Notes: generated from the letters alone by a model not told the origin. Positions 47,932 through 58,168 are shown, counted from the first letter of the stretch. The stretch is DNA of 64,000 nt from Candidatus Fermentibacterota bacterium (GCA_963845085.1 CAWJQI010000004.1:544001-608000); one strand, 5' to 3'. Numbers and translations are program-made.

Positions 47932-50358
47932 CTACTCCTCCTTCGACAGAACCAACTGCTCGCCTTCAACACTTACCGACCATTCGCCGCCTTCGACCCA
48001 GAGGATGCGCTCTGCCCTGGTGACGGCCAGAAGATCGGCTTCAAACGGCTCAAGGGCCTTCAGGTCTTCCGCGGAGGCAGTGACCGTAATGATGCCCAGG
48101 GCCGTGGCCATCGAAAGGTTGTTCGAGCTCTTGAAACGCCTGGCTTCCTCGATTATCGAAAGGGCCGTCTCCCCGTATGAAAGCGCGTCACGGTCGGGTT
48201 CACCCGGTTCGGGCCACGGTGCGATGTGTATGCTTACGTGTTTTTCATGCTGCCTGAAGACCAGGTTGAAAAGCTCGTCGGTGATATGGACCATTACCGG
48301 TGCAAAAAGCCTTAGGACGCCGTAAAGCGCTTGGTAGAGGGCGTGCTGGGCAGCCCTTCTCGCGAGGGGTTCTTCCCCGTAGAGCCTGTGCTTGACAATC
48401 TCGAGGTAGTTGTCGCAAAGGGCTTTCCAGAAGAAGGTCTCGGCCTCGGCGGTGCACGACGAGTACTCGTACTCCTCCATGCCAGCCGTTGCCCTGGATA
48501 CCGTCTCGCTGAGCCTTGCCAGAATCCATCTGTCAAAGGGATGCAGCTCGGGTGCGGGGCCGGGCACGAAGTCCTCGAGGTGCCCTGCGGCAAAACGTGC
48601 CGCGTTCCAGAGCTTCGTTACAAGCCTTCTTCCCTCGCCGAGGACGTCCTCACTGAACACCACATCGGTGCCGAGCCTGCTTGAACAAGCCCAGTAGCGA
48701 AGCTCATCGGCACTGTAGACTTCAAGGGCCGCAAGCGGATCGCCCGCAACATTGCCCTTGCTCTTCGACATCTTCTCCCGGTTGGGATTGAGGGCGTGGC
48801 CGGAGATCATCACGGTCTTCCAGGGGATCTCCCCGTTGTGAAGATGCGCCTTGACTATCGAGTAGAACGCCCATGTTCTGATGATGTCGTGCGCCTGGGG
48901 GCGAAGGCTCATTGGAAGCCCGATCTCCCTCTGGTCATCCTCACGCCATTTCATGTTGATCTGCGGGGTGAGGCTGCTGGTGGCCCACGTATCCATCACA
49001 TCCGTTTCCGGAAGGAAGTTCGTGCAGCCGCACTCGGGGCACGGGTCCTCGGGTGAATCGGCAAGCGGATCTACGGGAAGCTGCTCGGGTCTCGCAAAAA
49101 CGGGTTTCCCGCACCCCGCGCAATACCAGACCGGGAAGGGCACGCCGAAATACCGCTGCCTCGAGATGCACCAGTCCCACTTCAGGTTCGTGACCCAGTG
49201 GTCGTACCTCACGCGGAAGTGAGAGGGGTGCCAACTGACCTCCCTGCCCCTTTCCAGAAGCCTGTCCTTTATGTCGAGAATCCTGATGAACCACTGCTCG
49301 TTCACCAGATACTCGAGGGGCGTCCCGCACCTTTCGTGAACATTCACGGGGTGGGAAATGTCATGCCCGCCCTTCGCGTAGCCTTCCTCACGGAGCCTCT
49401 CAACCAGGGCCTGTCTTGCCTTTTTCCAGAACATCCCCTGAAGAAAGCCGGATTTCTCGTTCATGTGGCCCCGCTTGTCCAGAACGATGCGGAGCTCGAG
49501 GCCGTAATCCTGCCACCACTGGATGTCGGTGGTGTCCCCAAAGGTGCAGCACATGACGGCTCCCGAGCCCTTGTCCATGTTGACGGCAGGATCGGAGAGG
49601 ATCGTCACCTCACGGCCGAACAGCGGAACAACGGCCTTTTTGCCCTTCAGATGCTTCCAGCGCACATCGCCGGGATTGACGAACACGGCAACGCACGCCG
49701 GCAGGAGCTCCGGCCTGGTGGTGGCGATGGGAACAACTCCCGAACCGTCTGCCAGGCGGAACTCAATGTCGTGAAAGAAGCCCGGAAGCTCCTTGTCTTC
49801 GGTTTCTGCCTGGGCCACAGCCGTGCCGCATTCAGGGCACCATAGCGTGGGGGATTCCCTGCGGTAGACCCTGTTCTTCTCCACAAGCTCGAGGAAGGAG
49901 CGCTGGCTGAGCCTCTGCACCCAGGGGTCGATCGTCGTATAAAGAAGGTTCCAGTCACAGCTGAAGCCGAACCGGGTCCAGAGGTCCTTGAACTGCGCCT
50001 CGGCGTCGGCGGTGACCTCAAGGCAAAGCTTCACGAAGTCCGCCCGGGACATTTCCGTGGCCTTCACGCCCTTCGTCTTCTCTGTGAACCGTTCACTGGG
50101 AAGCCCGTTGTCATCGAAGCAGAAGGGGTAGAAAACCTGATCCCCCCTCATCCTGCGGTAGCGTGCGATCACCTCGGCCTGCACGTAGCTGAACACATGA
50201 CCCATGTGGATCATGCCGCTCACGGTCGGCGGAGGTGTGTCTATCGAAAAAACACTTCGCCCGTCGCCCGGAGTGAACTTGAAAATACCGGCCTCAGACC
50301 ACGACTTCTGAAGCCTGGTCTCGACCTCGCGGGGATCGTACCTTTTCGGCAGGGACAT
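47932..50358 (-). CDS. valS: Valine--tRNA ligase (archaeal-type, no C-terminal coiled coil)
   Basis: IDTPPPTVSG, HMGH, DDNGLPSER, WCISRQR, QAHDIIRTW, KMSKS. Confidence 0.95.
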   Translation of the reverse strand: MSLPKRYDPREVETRLQKSWSEAGIFKFTPGDGRSVFSIDTPPPTVSGMIHMGHVFSYVQAEVIARYRRMRGDQVFYPFCFDDNGLPSERFTEKTKGVKATEMSRADFVKLCLEVTADAEAQFKDLWTRFGFSCDWNLLYTTIDPWVQRLSQRSFLELVEKNRVYRRESPTLWCPECGTAVAQAETEDKELPGFFHDIEFRLADGSGVVPIATTRPELLPACVAVFVNPGDVRWKHLKGKKAVVPLFGREVTILSDPAVNMDKGSGAVMCCTFGDTTDIQWWQDYGLELRIVLDKRGHMNEKSGFLQGMFWKKARQALVERLREEGYAKGGHDISHPVNVHERCGTPLEYLVNEQWFIRILDIKDRLLERGREVSWHPSHFRVRYDHWVTNLKWDWCISRQRYFGVPFPVWYCAGCGKPVFARPEQLPVDPLADSPEDPCPECGCTNFLPETDVMDTWATSSLTPQINMKWREDDQREIGLPMSLRPQAHDIIRTWAFYSIVKAHLHNGEIPWKTVMISGHALNPNREKMSKSKGNVAGDPLAALEVYSADELRYWACSSRLGTDVVFSEDVLGEGRRLVTKLWNAARFAAGHLEDFVPGPAPELHPFDRWILARLSETVSRATAGMEEYEYSSCTAEAETFFWKALCDNYLEIVKHRLYGEEPLARRAAQHALYQALYGVLRLFAPVMVHITDELFNLVFRQHEKHVSIHIAPWPEPGEPDRDALSYGETALSIIEEARRFKSSNNLSMATALGIITVTASAEDLKALEPFEADLLAVTRAERILWVEGGEWSVSVEGEQLVLSKEE

Positions 50359-50371
50359 GCCGGGGTTCCTC

Positions 50372-51736
50372 CTATTCCTCCCAGCCGCTTGTCATCAGCC
50401 GGGCAATAACCGGAACGATGTTCTCGATGTCAACCCTGATCTGGCCCAGGGAATCCCGGTCCCTCACGGTGACCTTTCCGTCCTCGAGGCTGTCGAAATC
50501 GTACGTGACACAGAATGGGGTGCCGATCTCGTCGTTCCTTCTGTACCGTTTTCCGATCGAGCCGGTGACATCAAACAACACCGGCCAGTGGGGTCTCAAC
50601 GCTTCCTCGATCCTTTCAGCGCCTTCGGAGAGTTTCTTCGAAAGGGGAAGCACGGCGACCTTCACGGGGGAAAGCTTTCTGTCCAGCGACAGAACCACCC
50701 GTTCCCTGCCTTCGACCTCCTCGGACCGGTAGGCATCAAGAAGCACGGCGAGGAATGTTCTTCCGACTCCGCCGGATGTCTCGACCACGTGGGGAATGAA
50801 CTTCTCGCCCGTGATCGTGTCATGGAAGCGAAGGTCCTTTCCCGAAGATGTCATGTGGGCGTTGAGATCGTAGTCGGAGCGGTTGGCTATCCCCTCAAGC
50901 TCGCCGAAGCCGTCGCCCCCTGAGAAGGGGAAGCGGTACTCGATGTCGGTGCAGCCCGCAGCGTAGTGGGCAAGCTCGCCCGCTTCATGGGGCCTCAGCC
51001 TTAGGTTGCCGCTTTTTACACCGAGTACGCCGGTGTACCACTTCATCCTTTTGTCGATCCAGTATTCGTACCACTTGCCGGCGTCTTCGGGACGGCAGAA
51101 GAACTCCATCTCCATCTGCTCGAATTCACGGCTGCGGAATATGAAGTTTCGCACGGTGATCTCGTTCCTGAAAGCCTTGCCCGTCTGGGCGACGCCGAAG
51201 GGAACAACCATTCGCGTGGAGGTGACTATGTTCTGGAAATGCGTGAAAATGGACTGACAGGTTTCGGGGCGGAGGTAGGCAACGGCTGTGTCCTCCTCGA
51301 CGGGTCCCATGAATGTTTTGAACATCAACCCGAAATCCCTCGGCTCGGTGAGTTCGCCGCCGCATTCGGGGCAGGTGTCGCCCTCAAGCTGGTCGGCGCG
51401 GAATCGGCCGCGGCACTTCCTGCAGTCAACAAGGGGGTCGTGGAAGTTCCTGAGGTGCCCCGATGCCTCCCACACACCCGGGTGGGTGATGATTGCGGTA
51501 TCCACACCGACCACGTCGTTGCGGGTGCGAACCATCTCGTTCCACCAGAGGTCCGTTATGTTCCTTTTGAGCTCGACACCGAGCGGTCCGTAATCCCAGG
51601 CGGACTGAAGGCCGCCGTATATCTCCCCTGACGGGTAAACGAAGCCCAGCCTTTTGCAAAGACTGATCACATCGCGCATCAGGTCCCGGCCGACCTCGGT
51701 CGATCCGGTGTCGGGTGATTCCTGTTCAGGTAGCAT
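50372..51736 (-). CDS. glyQS: Glycine--tRNA ligase, alpha2 type
   Basis: YLRPET, FRNEI, REFEQME, ELEGIANR, GSIGKRYRR; start may be 51679. Confidence 0.96.
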   Translation of the reverse strand: MLPEQESPDTGSTEVGRDLMRDVISLCKRLGFVYPSGEIYGGLQSAWDYGPLGVELKRNITDLWWNEMVRTRNDVVGVDTAIITHPGVWEASGHLRNFHDPLVDCRKCRGRFRADQLEGDTCPECGGELTEPRDFGLMFKTFMGPVEEDTAVAYLRPETCQSIFTHFQNIVTSTRMVVPFGVAQTGKAFRNEITVRNFIFRSREFEQMEMEFFCRPEDAGKWYEYWIDKRMKWYTGVLGVKSGNLRLRPHEAGELAHYAAGCTDIEYRFPFSGGDGFGELEGIANRSDYDLNAHMTSSGKDLRFHDTITGEKFIPHVVETSGGVGRTFLAVLLDAYRSEEVEGRERVVLSLDRKLSPVKVAVLPLSKKLSEGAERIEEALRPHWPVLFDVTGSIGKRYRRNDEIGTPFCVTYDFDSLEDGKVTVRDRDSLGQIRVDIENIVPVIARLMTSGWEE

Positions 51737-52478
51737 CGGCCATGTCCTCCATTATTCGAAGGGCTTTCAGGGGCAGCCTCTTCTCAAGGTGCGTTTCAGT
51801 GTATTCCTTCAAAAGGCTCAGGCACTGCCTGTAACCGCCGGGCCAGAGCCTGACCTTAACCGCTTTCTCAAGGGGTGCTCCGGCGGACTTCGCCAGAAAA
51901 CCCAGCAGACCGGGGGCGATGGTTTCACCTCCGGCACCGCACTCACCGCAGACAGCGCCCCCCGCCTGCGGGTTCCATCTGGGGGCGCTCAACTCCGTTC
52001 TTCCGCAAAGGGCGCAGGCCTCCACCTGCATTCCATGCCCTGATAGCGCCAGAAGCCTCTGTACGCCTCCGCAAAGAACCGGCAAAGGGGAAGCCCCCTG
52101 TGAAAGCAGGCTGAACACAAGGTCCAGCAGATGGTAAACCGGTTCGGAGGGCTCATTCCCATAACTGACAACCGACAGAAGCCACTCGGAAAAAACCCCG
52201 GCAGCTGCAAATGCTGCAGGGTTCTCCCTCAGCCCCTCCCTGTATCCCAGTACGGAGGCATCTATAACCGTATCAAGCTCACGTCCCTCCCTGCGGGAGA
52301 GAGTGAACTCCCCTTCGGAGAAGAGTTCGACCTTTCCAAGAAAAGCGCCCTTCGGACGAAGGGAACCCTTGGCAATGGCGCTAGCCCTTCCCAGATCGAG
52401 GGAGTAGAGGGTAAGTATAAGCGATGACTCGCTCCAGCGTACCCTCCTCAGGACAAACGCGGGGGTTGTGAGCCTCAA
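51726..52478 (-). CDS. recO: DNA repair protein RecO
   Basis: VLRR...ESSLILTLYS..G...IAKG N-terminus; CALC...CGEC Zn finger; upstream of glyQS. Confidence 0.9.
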   Translation of the reverse strand: MRLTTPAFVLRRVRWSESSLILTLYSLDLGRASAIAKGSLRPKGAFLGKVELFSEGEFTLSRREGRELDTVIDASVLGYREGLRENPAAFAAAGVFSEWLLSVVSYGNEPSEPVYHLLDLVFSLLSQGASPLPVLCGGVQRLLALSGHGMQVEACALCGRTELSAPRWNPQAGGAVCGECGAGGETIAPGLLGFLAKSAGAPLEKAVKVRLWPGGYRQCLSLLKEYTETHLEKRLPLKALRIMEDMADAT

Positions 52479-53680
52479 TCGGCCCTTTCGGCGGGAGCTA
52501 CCTTCAACAGAAGTATCCGCTGGGCACGCACCTTCTCAACGGTGAACAAATGCCCCTCGACCTTCACCGTTTCCCCGGGACGGGGAATGTGCCCAAGGCG
52601 CCGGTAGACAAGGCCTGCCACGGTCTCGTAATCGTCGTCCTCTTCGAAGGAGCTGTCCAGAAGATCGTTCAGATCGTCCACCGGCAGCCTTCCGTCCACC
52701 CGGAAGGCCCCCCTGCCCAGCGAGAACGACAGCGGGGATTCGGTGTCGTACTCGTCCCTTATCTCACCGAAAACCTCCTCGACGAGGTCCTCCATCGTTA
52801 CTATCCCGGCGGTGCCTCCGTATTCATCCACAACGATGGCCATATGGATCCGGTGGGCCTGGAACTCGCGGAACAGCTCATCGATCCTTTTGTATTCGGG
52901 AACGAAATAGGCTTCCCGGAGAATATCCTTCATCCGGAAGCCATCGCCTCCGCCCGCGAGCACGTCGAGAAGGTCTTTGGTGTAGAGAACCCCCTCGATG
53001 TCGTCAATCTTCTCACGGTAGACCGGAATACGGGAGTGCCCCGCCTTCCTGACCCTCGCGACAAGGTCGGACAGGTCGTCGGACAGCGGAAGACAGACCA
53101 TGTCAATTCTTGGGACCATCACCTCCCGGACTATCCTGTCGGAGAAGGAAAGCACCGAATCCACCATCTCCTGTTCCTTCTCCAGATCACCCGCATCGCC
53201 CTTTTCCCGTCTCATCTCCAGCCACATTATGTCGGGAGGTGTGAACGCCCATTCCTCGGGCATCGATTCGCCGGCGCGATTCCTTCCCAGGAACAGCCCG
53301 GCGGGCAGGGTGAATACCACCCGAAGCAACAGCATGGGAAGCCTGAGAACCCTGGCGGCGTTGTCGGGATGATTGTGGGCGAGCCACGCCGGCAGAACTT
53401 CCGAAACGATCACCGATGCGGTGAGAAAAAGCAGCCAGTTCACAACGGAGAAGCCACCCCCGGGCGCACCCGACAGAAGAGCACAGCCGGAGCCCACAAG
53501 GACGTGGCCGGAAACCCTCGCAAGCCACAGGATCCTCAACCTGGCACCGGCCTCCCTGCGCCTTTGGGCGGGGTCTCGCCCCTGCTGCTCGACAAGGCCG
53601 GGCAGGGCCGCTCTTGCTGCAGAGGATGATGCCGTAACAAGCAGACCCGCAATAAGCACTACAGCACCTGCAGGGTTCAT
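52475..53680 (-). CDS. Hemolysin-family CNNM/CBS/CorC-HlyC protein
   Basis: VREVMVPR, HSRIPVY, VDEYGGTAGIVTMEDL, YETVAG. Confidence 0.93.
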   Translation of the reverse strand: MNPAGAVVLIAGLLVTASSSAARAALPGLVEQQGRDPAQRRREAGARLRILWLARVSGHVLVGSGCALLSGAPGGGFSVVNWLLFLTASVIVSEVLPAWLAHNHPDNAARVLRLPMLLLRVVFTLPAGLFLGRNRAGESMPEEWAFTPPDIMWLEMRREKGDAGDLEKEQEMVDSVLSFSDRIVREVMVPRIDMVCLPLSDDLSDLVARVRKAGHSRIPVYREKIDDIEGVLYTKDLLDVLAGGGDGFRMKDILREAYFVPEYKRIDELFREFQAHRIHMAIVVDEYGGTAGIVTMEDLVEEVFGEIRDEYDTESPLSFSLGRGAFRVDGRLPVDDLNDLLDSSFEEDDDYETVAGLVYRRLGHIPRPGETVKVEGHLFTVEKVRAQRILLLKVAPAERAD

Positions 53681-54074
53681 TTCACCACCCCTGCGACAAA
53701 TTCCGCAGTCAGTCTTTCCATGAGTTCAGTATTCTCAGGGGTGTGATGACTGAAGCCGCGGAGATGGAGCCAGCCGTGGATGATGCGTTCCACAAGCTCA
53801 GAGAGGGGGGGGCAAGCCTTCCGTCGACAAAGATGGTTCCCTCGGGGGGGTCTCCCGAGTCGGAAAGGTCGAAAGTTAGAACATCGGTCGGCTTGTCAAG
53901 CATTCTGAACCTTCGGTTCAGCATGCGCATCATGCCGGGATCGCAGATCACCACTTCTATCCTGCCCTCGCCCTCCATGATGGGCGCAAGCTTCTCATGA
54001 AGGTTCTGAAGAACCGGGGAGGGTTTCTCCAGAACCACTTCTATGATAAGCGATGAATGCTGTTCACGCTCCAT
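53677..54074 (-). pseudogene. ybeY: rRNA maturation endoribonuclease YbeY, frameshifted at a G8 tract (53805-53812)
   Basis: Frame 1 gives LNRRFR..DKPTDVLTF. One extra C (coding strand) gives ...LSELVERIIHGWLHLRGFSH..., ending at TGA 53677 overlapping the next ATG. Confidence 0.88.
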
Positions 54075-56076
54075 GTGGATAGTTCTTCACCCTTTCATAA
54101 TCCGATTTCAGAAGTATGTCCAGAAATACGTGCCAGACATCCTCCTGCATGGATCTTGTAAAGCCGCACATGTCGAACTGCCCCTCGGCTTCCTTGTCCT
54201 GGATGGACCGTTTCACCGTCTCGGCGATCTCGTTCTTGTCCTTCAGCATCCGGGAAGCGCTCGAGGCTGAGTCAGCCGTCATGACCAGCGCCGCCTCGAT
54301 GCTTCTCGGTTTCGGCCCGGGATAGCGGAAAGCCTCTTCGTCAATTGTCCCTCCGGGCGGGGCGCTCTTCCGGGCCTTGACAAGAAAACTCATGGTCCTG
54401 CCAGTGCCATGGTGTTCACGGATGATGTCGATGACCTCGGACGGCAGGTGGAACTTCCTGGCGAGCTTCACGCCCTGCTGAACATGGTCGATGACGAGAG
54501 CGGCGCTCTCCCTGGGCTCCATGTAGTCGTGGGGATTGTAGTAGGACTGGTTGGTCATATTCTCAATGAACATTCCGGGCTGCTTCAGCTTGCCGATGTC
54601 GTGGTAGAAGCCGCCCATTCTGGCAAGCACGGGGTCGGCTCCGAGCTTCGAAGCCGCCGCCGAGGCAAGCTCAGCGACCTGCAGCGAATGGGTGTAGGTG
54701 CCCATGGCCTCGCTTCTCATTCTCACCCTCAGGGGATGGTCATCCTGCAGAAGGCGGGAATGGGTGAGCCGGGTGGTCACCCTGAAGGTCATCTCGACCG
54801 GGTGGATGAGCACCCTGCTGATGGCGATGGAACCGAGGGGAATCAGCACCAGCCTGAGAATGACGGGGACATCGAATGCGTAACCCGGCCCTATCCAGGC
54901 CGTATGAAGGGCCCAGTAGACAAGCAGGCTTCCAGCCGCCGAGATCAGCAGGGAAAGGGAAATGTCGCGCTCTGAAAGCTGCCTGAAAACCGCCGACGTG
55001 AACACGGCCGGAACGGCCGACACAAGGAACGCGGTGAACGGGCTGCCGCTTCCAAGCGCAACGAGTGAGCTGAAGATCATCGTAAGGTACCATGAATGGT
55101 ACAGGCCGGAAGCGTCAAAGAACACCGCTGTCATGCAGGCTCCGAACACACTGAAGGATATCACCTGAAGGCGTGCGGAACCCGTCTGCCACAGCAGGCC
55201 GGTGCATACCAGCGCCAGCATCCAGATGCTTCCGAGCAGGAGGACCCTTGTTGGGGAGTTGACAACCCTGCCCATGGCAAGGGCGCCGTACATTACGGCC
55301 AGAAGCACAAGCAGCATGGCGGGAAGGAACCTGGCCACGGCCCGGAGCGGCCCGGGGTACGACAGGGAGCTGTTCATTGCATCGAACACCCTGAAGAATT
55401 CGTCATCAGGTATCCCGCCTGCGGCAAGAAGGGTGTCGCCGGACGAGAAAACACGCTCAACGGTTGCCACCCGTTTCTCCGCTTCATCCATGGCGTTGTC
55501 GCGATAGTCAAGCGCGGGTACGAGGTCGGGCAGAAGCAGGGATGAAATGCTCTCGGCAGCTGCAGAGGAGAACACCGCCAGAAGGTCCCTTCGCAGAAAC
55601 TCCCTCGCCTCGGCCACATCAGTGAAACTTTCATATGTGCCGAACACCCTGCCCTCGTCGCCCTCGACAAGAACGACCGAATCGCTTGTGCTCTCCCCGC
55701 GGAGCAGCGCCTCGTCGATGATGCCGTTTCCGTAATAATCGTTCCTGGCGATTCCCGCAGCGAAAATGGAATCACCCGCTGAAGCCTCAAGGGCGTTGTG
55801 GAGGTTTTCAAGGGATGCCCGGCGCACTTCGGGATCGTGAATGATGAACACAGGTGCGGCGTCCCTCGCCATTTCCCTGAGCGAGTCAAGGACCTCGGAC
55901 CTGTAGTGAAGCTCAAAGCTGATGGGGGTAATGACGTCTGTCGTCACCGGTTTGCCAAGAACAGGATTGAGGTCGGACAGAACCGCCTTGCCACCGAACA
56001 ACAGCATCCAGATCGCGAGGAATCCTCCCGCGACCACCACGGTCATTCCGCGTCTGCCCCAGTTACCCGTCATCAT
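54064..56076 (-). CDS. 7TM receptor with intracellular HD phosphohydrolase (PgpH-like)
   Basis: Extracellular domain, TM block, GTYTHS, YHDIGK, EHHGT, FRYPGPKP, ADS. Confidence 0.9.
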   Translation of the reverse strand: MMTGNWGRRGMTVVVAGGFLAIWMLLFGGKAVLSDLNPVLGKPVTTDVITPISFELHYRSEVLDSLREMARDAAPVFIIHDPEVRRASLENLHNALEASAGDSIFAAGIARNDYYGNGIIDEALLRGESTSDSVVLVEGDEGRVFGTYESFTDVAEAREFLRRDLLAVFSSAAAESISSLLLPDLVPALDYRDNAMDEAEKRVATVERVFSSGDTLLAAGGIPDDEFFRVFDAMNSSLSYPGPLRAVARFLPAMLLVLLAVMYGALAMGRVVNSPTRVLLLGSIWMLALVCTGLLWQTGSARLQVISFSVFGACMTAVFFDASGLYHSWYLTMIFSSLVALGSGSPFTAFLVSAVPAVFTSAVFRQLSERDISLSLLISAAGSLLVYWALHTAWIGPGYAFDVPVILRLVLIPLGSIAISRVLIHPVEMTFRVTTRLTHSRLLQDDHPLRVRMRSEAMGTYTHSLQVAELASAAASKLGADPVLARMGGFYHDIGKLKQPGMFIENMTNQSYYNPHDYMEPRESAALVIDHVQQGVKLARKFHLPSEVIDIIREHHGTGRTMSFLVKARKSAPPGGTIDEEAFRYPGPKPRSIEAALVMTADSASSASRMLKDKNEIAETVKRSIQDKEAEGQFDMCGFTRSMQEDVWHVFLDILLKSDYERVKNYPHGA

Positions 56077-57007
56077 CCTCGGCGCTCCCGAATGCCTCGA
56101 TTATCCGCTGGACCAGAGGATGCCTGACCACGTCTTCCTTCTCAAGGTGGATGAACGCCACCTCACGAATGTTCCTGAGTATCTTCTGAATTTTGACGAG
56201 CCCGGATTCGGATGCCGGCTTAATGTCAATCTGTGTAACGTCGCCAGTAACGACAAGCCTTGATCCGTGTCCCATGCGTGTTAAAAACATCTTCAACTGT
56301 GTCAGAGTGGTGTTCTGGGCTTCATCGAGTATCACAAAGGAATTGTTGAGCGTTCTGCCCCGCATGTAGGCAAGCGGAGCAACTTCAATGATGCCTGATT
56401 CCATGTTCCTGGCAACGCCTGCCGGCGTGAGGGTATCATCGAGGGAATCGTATATGGGCCTGAGGTACGGGTCGATCTTCTGCTGCAGGTCCCCGGGGAG
56501 GAACCCGAGGTTTTCCCCGGCCTCGACCGCGGGTCTTGTCAGGATGATCCGCTCGACCCTTCCGTCACGCAGGGCGCTGACTGCTGCCGCAACCGCGAGG
56601 AACGTCTTTCCCGTGCCTGCGGGCCCTATGCTGAACACAAGCTCGTGGGCAAGCATTGCCCTCAGATAGCTTTCCTGGCCCGGAGTTCTCGGAATGATGC
56701 GGCCCGATCTGCCCGGAACGTCGAGAACAACCCCGGACGCCTTCATTTCGGGGAACTCAAGAGCCTTCGCAACCGCAGCAGGGCTGACCGTCCCGCAGGA
56801 ATCAAGCTCGGAAATCAGTCTTTCAACCGCTGCCTGCGCCCTGTCGAGCGATCTCGGGCTGCCGCTCAGCAGCAGGGTGGAATCGCGGTAGACAGCGCTT
56901 ACGCCGAGTTCACGGCAGATGTCCCTCAGATACGCGTCCCCGGGACCGAGAATGCGCCTTGCATCCTCCGGGGGCAGGGGAATCCGCCTTCCAGAAGCAG
57001 TCTTCAT
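56063..57007 (-). CDS. phoH: PhoH family ATPase
   Basis: GPAGTGKT, RPAVEAGENLGFLPG, YMRGRT, DEAQN, VVRHPLV; ATG at 57007. Confidence 0.95.
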   Translation of the reverse strand: MKTASGRRIPLPPEDARRILGPGDAYLRDICRELGVSAVYRDSTLLLSGSPRSLDRAQAAVERLISELDSCGTVSPAAVAKALEFPEMKASGVVLDVPGRSGRIIPRTPGQESYLRAMLAHELVFSIGPAGTGKTFLAVAAAVSALRDGRVERIILTRPAVEAGENLGFLPGDLQQKIDPYLRPIYDSLDDTLTPAGVARNMESGIIEVAPLAYMRGRTLNNSFVILDEAQNTTLTQLKMFLTRMGHGSRLVVTGDVTQIDIKPASESGLVKIQKILRNIREVAFIHLEKEDVVRHPLVQRIIEAFGSAEDDDG

Positions 57008-57078
57008 GCTCTCCGCAAGTGAACAGGCTCCCCGCCCGCAAGGGACAGGGAGCCTGAAACATGGTTCACTATCGCTGG

Positions 57079-57744
57079 TTAGCGGGTCGTACCGCGGGTC
57101 GTACCGCGGGGGATAGTGAGAACCTGGCCCGGGAAGATCAGGTTGGGGTCGCTGATCTTGTCCCGGTTGGCTTCGTAAAGCTGGGGCCACAGGCCGCGGT
57201 CGCCGTAGACGATGCCGTAGCCCGAGATCTTGCCCAGGAAGTCGCCCTCGATGACCGTGTAGCTGCTGGCGTAGGGAACCGGGACGATGAGGGTGTGACC
57301 GGCGTAGATAAGGTTGGGGTCGCTGATGGTGTCACGGTTGCGGTCGTAGATCTTGGGCCACTGGCTGCCGTCGTTGAAGTAGTAGTGGTAGCTGGCGATC
57401 TGCCACAGGCATTCGCCGTCAACGATGAGGTGGGTGACGCCGGAGCCGCGAAGGCGGGTGATCTCACCGCGAAGCCAGGAGATGTCCTGGTTGAGCTGGT
57501 TGACGACGCCCTGAAGCTCGTCACGCTGTGCGCGGAGAGGGAGAACCTTGGCTTCCCATTCGGCTACCTGCGCATCGGCCTCAGCCTTGCGCCACTCCCA
57601 GTAGGCGATCTGCTGGTCGATGTGCTTGTTTCCCCAGGATTCGACTTCTTCCTGGGTGAGAACGGACAACTCCTCTGCGGTCCAGGTGCGGGCGAAGCCC
57701 ACGGCCGCCACGAGGATCAGAGCGAACACGAAAAGATTACGCAT
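57079..57744 (-). CDS. Secreted coiled-coil + 2x LysM peptidoglycan-binding protein
   Basis: Signal peptide, heptad region, two LysM repeats (GECLWQIA...WPKIY...[18 protein letters not shown]...WPQLY...[10 protein letters not shown]). Confidence 0.92.
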   Translation of the reverse strand: MRNLFVFALILVAAVGFARTWTAEELSVLTQEEVESWGNKHIDQQIAYWEWRKAEADAQVAEWEAKVLPLRAQRDELQGVVNQLNQDISWLRGEITRLRGSGVTHLIVDGECLWQIASYHYYFNDGSQWPKIYDRNRDTISDPNLIYAGHTLIVPVPYASSYTVIEGDFLGKISGYGIVYGDRGLWPQLYEANRDKISDPNLIFPGQVLTIPRGTTRGTTR

Positions 57745-57759
57745 TTTCTCTCTCCCTTC

Positions 57760-58026
57760 CTAGCGGCCAGTCCCGCCGAGACTTTCGTACTCGGCCTGGA
57801 GTTCTGCCTTTTCCTGCTCAAGCTGCGGGATCTGCTGCTCAAGCTGAGGAATTTCCTGGTTCAGCTGCTCGTACTCGTTCTGCAGGCTGACAACTCTTGC
57901 TTCGGCGGCAAGTGCCGCAGAGCGGGCGTTGTCCCGAGCGCGAATCTGTTCCTGGCTCGGTCCGCAGGCAATGAGCAGCAGGGATACGGCAAGGATCACA
58001 AGGCAAATGCTGCGAGTCCTGACCAT
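57760..58026 (-). CDS. Small coiled-coil lipoprotein
   Basis: Lipobox LIAC then heptad repeats (LQNEYEQLNQEIPQLEQQIPQLEQEKAEL); ATG at 58026. Confidence 0.82.
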   Translation of the reverse strand: MVRTRSICLVILAVSLLLIACGPSQEQIRARDNARSAALAAEARVVSLQNEYEQLNQEIPQLEQQIPQLEQEKAELQAEYESLGGTGR

Positions 58027-58139
58027 CCCCGATACCTCCTTCCGGTTGCGTCTGTTGGTGTGCACTTTTCTTCCCCTGAATCCATGAGAGTGGATTCAAC
58101 CCCTTGGTCAAAGAAACATGAAAACTCACTGCAAACTGT

Positions 58140-58168
58140 ACCCTATAGCGGACAGAATCAACTGTCAA
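58140..58168 (-). promoter_or_regulatory. sigma70-type promoter for the lipoprotein-LysM operon
   Basis: Minus strand TTGACA-17 nt-TAGGGT; the leader contains the hairpin gaatcca/tggattc (~58077-58098). Confidence 0.55.

Noticed and set aside
46495..47960. Target-site duplication or att sites around the AT-rich islet
   Set aside because: Only a weak similarity (gacacaaacca vs gacagaacca) and no integrase or transposase, so not called a mobile element.
50372..57007. phoH-HD-ybeY-CBS-recO-glyQS gene order as a novel system
   Set aside because: Matches a well-known conserved housekeeping neighbourhood.
57082..57330. 12-nt tandem repeat (gcgggtcgtacc x2) and a ~20-nt direct repeat
   Set aside because: Coding repeats (RGTT x2 tail; ISDPNLI in both LysM domains), not CRISPR or att sites.
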